64,000 nucleotides of DNA, taken from Lingula anatina (Eukaryota; Animalia; Brachiopoda). Positions 61,301-64,000 of this stretch are shown here, one piece after another. The notes below the pieces were generated by a model, which was not told where the DNA came from, ran no database searches, and saw only the letters and a program-made list of their open reading frames with translations. The DNA is taken from contig CM120648.1 of assembly GCA_051362555.1 (NCBI GenBank), positions 8,180,587 to 8,244,586 on the forward strand. Direction: 5' to 3'. The number at the start of each line of letters is the position of its first letter. Position 1 is the first letter of the stretch. The translations under genes were made by a program, and so were the position numbers.

Positions 61301-63397
61301 AATAAGAAAAAATTATGGGGGGGGGGGGGAAAGGCCTATGTAAAACACTAGCAACTGTGCCATCTTCAAACTGGCAAAGACAATTACACCATTGACAAAT
61401 GTCAAAATTGCCAGCATTATTACAAGTTTCTGTTACTTTTAACTTAATCCAGTAACATCTTTTTTTTTTTATTATTAGTCTATCATCTAGAAGTAGAAGA
61501 ATAGATAAATACTGGTAGTCTATAATTTTTATACATCTGGCAAGCTCCAATATTGCATAGAATCTATAGTGAATTCAGTCTGACAATAATTAATTTTGGA
61601 TACAGTTTTTACATTTGAATCATTGTACTCACTTTGCTTCTGTTTCTTTAACTGAGGTAGATAAAGAGCGCTAAAACAGACAAAAATAAATCACAGTTAA
61701 TGTTCTGGTAGATAATGCTTTGAAAAAAATTAATTGTGTATTTTGCAATATTAGCACTAGTTGAATGCAGTTCAGAATAATCATATTTCATTAACCATAA
61801 TGATAAAAAAAAATAAAAAAAAAATAGACCAGAAAGCAAAAATCCCTTTCTCAATATACTGACATTTTCCATGGAAAGCTCGTTATTTTCCTTCTTGAGA
61901 TTTTCCATATCTTTCTGAGCAGAGTCCAATTTGATAGCCAAGGCGCTTTTCTCCACCTCTAGGTTCTGCTGTGTGATCTGTGAAAGGAAAAAAAAATGAA
62001 GAAACAAATAAAAAAATTTTAACGCATTTCAATGGGGATGTATTGTGCTCTGCTATTGTGGCCATAGTAGGAACAGCTGCTATCACTTTTACTTCTGTTG
62101 AATCCAAGTGTTTTGTCCCTAGTGCCCAAATATTAAGATTTCATAGTTTAATAATATCATGCCTCACTCCAAAATAGAAGTCAAACCTTTTTATTATCAA
62201 TAATAGGTTTTACAACACGACAACACTAAAAACAAAATGGCAGCCTAATTGTCTCACCTGCAACTGTGAAATCTGTGTGCCTTGTGCGCTGACCTTGGCA
62301 TTGAGTTCCAGCAGGCCGCTCTCTTCACTGGCTGACTTGTTTGCCGTCTGCTGTCTCTCTTTGTCAAGATCCTCTGTCAGGATTCTTACCTTTAGAATAT
62401 AACCAAATGTTGGGCTGTTGTTAGTTTTATTCAAAGGGATAACAGTCTTCATGTGAGATTCAAAATTCCACAATAAATACATTGTAAACAATTAACACAA
62501 AGAAATATCACGAATTCCATTTTACCACCCAGATACCATCAAACCAGGTGGACCTGCATAGATGGCTACCCTCTTTAATTTTTAGAGATCATTACAAAAA
62601 CCACACTATTCTAAACACAGCCTTTGTGACTTCTTAAGTCATTTGGTTGTGAACTCACTACATGTGCAGCCATTTGTCTTGTAATTTTTTTTTTTCAAGA
62701 CCTGTATAATAAGCCGTTTTTACCTGATCACTCAACTGTGCCTTTTGGTCTTCTAAAATCTTCACTTTCCCTTTCATGGATAACATATCTCTCTCAAGTT
62801 TGCTCTTGTCTTGTTTTGCCTTCCAGAGTTCTTCTTCACTTCCAGACTTAGTTGGTAGGACTGAAATTGTGATCAGTGATATCAAGCTTTTGTTTTTCTC
62901 TCATACACCCCACCAGTTTGTTAAAGTCCACAAAATGACGTAATAATGTAGACCTATTACTGCTATACAGGCAAAGAATGATTGTTCAGATGAACTTTGG
63001 TAAAAACAGGGACAGGTTATGTATAGTGCAGAAAGAAAGCTGGAAATCTCTGTTCAAATATTTGGAATAGGGGGCATGAAATGATACCCATTGATATTTC
63101 TTTAAGTTAGGCCATTTGAAGCTATATGGAGGTATTTGGAGGAAAAGATTTGTATGTAAGACATGTAACTTGAAAAGAAAAAGCTGAGACAAAATACTAA
63201 AAAATCTTCCATTTAAGGGAAGCATTATTATTCTTCCATCACTAATTTGGAAGCTTTTATAAATCTTCAGTAAGAGGAATAGACTGACCCGTACCCTCAG
63301 TGCTTTGTTTGGCTTTTTTCTCTGCTTGTGCTCTTAGTAGTTTTTCTTTGCCAAGTTCCCCTTTCAGTTTTAGTGTTTCTTTCTCCAGGTCTTTCAC
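45293..63397 (-). CDS. Multi-exon long coiled-coil protein (3' part; the 5' end is probably outside the window)
   Basis: About 20 short minus-strand GT-AG exons encoding E/K/L/Q-rich heptads. Approximate examples: 63290-63397, 62724-62850, 62258-62389, 61863-61977, 60836-61023, 60400-60493, 59324-59570, 58321-58460, 57861-58013, 51719-51856, 51258-51341, 50829-50937, 48465-48623, 47892-48056, 47346-47518, 46777-46942, 46016-46196. The last exon 45293-45778 carries SPVRSQ repeats and the TAA stop. Family not identified. Confidence 0.8.
50302..50372. repeat. 71-bp near-perfect AT-rich palindrome
   Basis: 35-bp arms with one mismatch and a 1-nt centre (50337). Confidence 0.9.
52472..52648. mobile_element. 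Foldback MITE immediately upstream of FReD gene 1
   Basis: ~58-bp imperfect inverted arms ATCTCC..GCTAAATTGC..CTTAAGC..CTTAGATGTCT / AGACATCTAAG..GCTTAAG..GCAATTTAGC..GGAGAT. Confidence 0.65.
52781..54547 (+). CDS. Angiopoietin-like / fibrinogen-related-domain (FReD) secreted protein, copy 1 (341 aa)
   Basis: Exons 52781-53053, 53484-53592 and 53904-54547 join in frame. Signal peptide, CTYTLTVP..C motif, coiled coil, and FReD motifs [57 protein letters not shown]. TATA-like TATAA at 52716. Confidence 0.93.
55306..57045 (+). pseudogene. FReD/angiopoietin-like gene copy 2, last exon interrupted by a MITE
   Basis: Exons 55306-55578, 55893-56001 and 56226-57045; the first two equal copy 1 in size. 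Removing the MITE and one TSD restores ETIHWYDWKQRYALKKVEMKVRPMLFHNF*. As it stands the frame stops at 56947. Confidence 0.85.
56797..56964 (+). mobile_element. MITE family B inserted in a coding exon
   Basis: TIRs CAGGGGCGGAT...ATCCGCCCCTG and perfect 5-bp TSD CACTG. Confidence 0.95.
57227..57388 (+). pseudogene. Relic third FReD copy (promoter fused to an exon 3 fragment)
   Basis: 57227-57331 matches 55165-55270 and 57334-57388 matches ~56528-56579. Confidence 0.8.
58243..58320. repeat. (CA)n microsatellite starting at a minus-strand donor site
   Basis: Directly visible in the sequence. Confidence 0.95.
59125..59315. repeat. Degenerate (CAT/TAT)n microsatellite
   Basis: Directly visible. 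It explains the poly-His/Ile/Asp/Met ORFs in the ORF track. Confidence 0.95.
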
Positions 63398-63493
63398 CTG
63401 AAACATGACAACAGTTTTAAAATTAAAATTACTTGCCAGGTTTCTAGGATTTTTTAAAATCAAATTTGTGTTATTGCTTATGCTGGCATTGTT

Positions 63494-63495
<2 letters not shown>

Positions 63496-63588
<93 letters not shown>

Positions 63589-63602
63589 TGTGTGTGTGTG
63601 TG
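63496..63602. repeat. (CT)n(GT)n compound microsatellite
   Basis: Directly visible in the sequence. Confidence 0.95.
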
Positions 63603-63743
63603 AACATGGGTGCATGCATGTATGCCTGAAACAAATACAAAATCTCTATAACCAACATAAACATCACATGTTCCTTTTAACCTCTCCCTCATCAACAACT
63701 GGCATCCCTCCTGGACCCTCCCCCACCCTCCAACATCCCACCC

Positions 63744-63749
63744 CACCAC

Positions 63750-63805
<56 letters not shown>

Positions 63806-63828
63806 CCATCATCATCACCATCATCATC

Positions 63829-63881
<53 letters not shown>

Positions 63882-63894
63882 CAACATCACCATC

Positions 63895-63926
<32 letters not shown>

Positions 63927-63960
63927 CACCACCATCATCATCATCATCATCATCATCACC

Positions 63961-63994
<34 letters not shown>

Positions 63995-64000
63995 TCATCA
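63744..64000. repeat. (CAT/CAC)n microsatellite
   Basis: Directly visible in the sequence. Confidence 0.95.

Overview
AT-rich, intron-rich metazoan genomic DNA, probably a lophotrochozoan or mollusc (inferred from gene and repeat content). From left to right it holds about 11 kb of non-coding DNA with MITEs, an intronless class A GPCR (-), a decayed LINE, and a young 5'-truncated Penelope-like retroelement with hammerhead-type terminal repeats. These are followed by a ~34-exon MSH6 gene (+, 17590-39802), a two-exon secreted pro-protein with a DUF3011/ADEL-lectin-like C-terminus (+), and the 3' part of a multi-exon coiled-coil gene (-). One intron of the coiled-coil gene holds two tandem angiopoietin-like fibrinogen-domain genes, one disrupted by a MITE, plus a relic third copy. 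The most striking observation is inside MSH6 intron 9: a head-to-head inverted pair of intronless, TATA-driven genes for a small acidic/helical protein that is not a histone. Each copy ends in a perfect replication-dependent histone mRNA 3' signal (GGCCCTTTTCAGGGCC stem-loop, ACCA, purine-rich downstream element). A third, decayed gene fragment with a decayed stem-loop lies just downstream. All coordinates were read by eye and no database searches were run.
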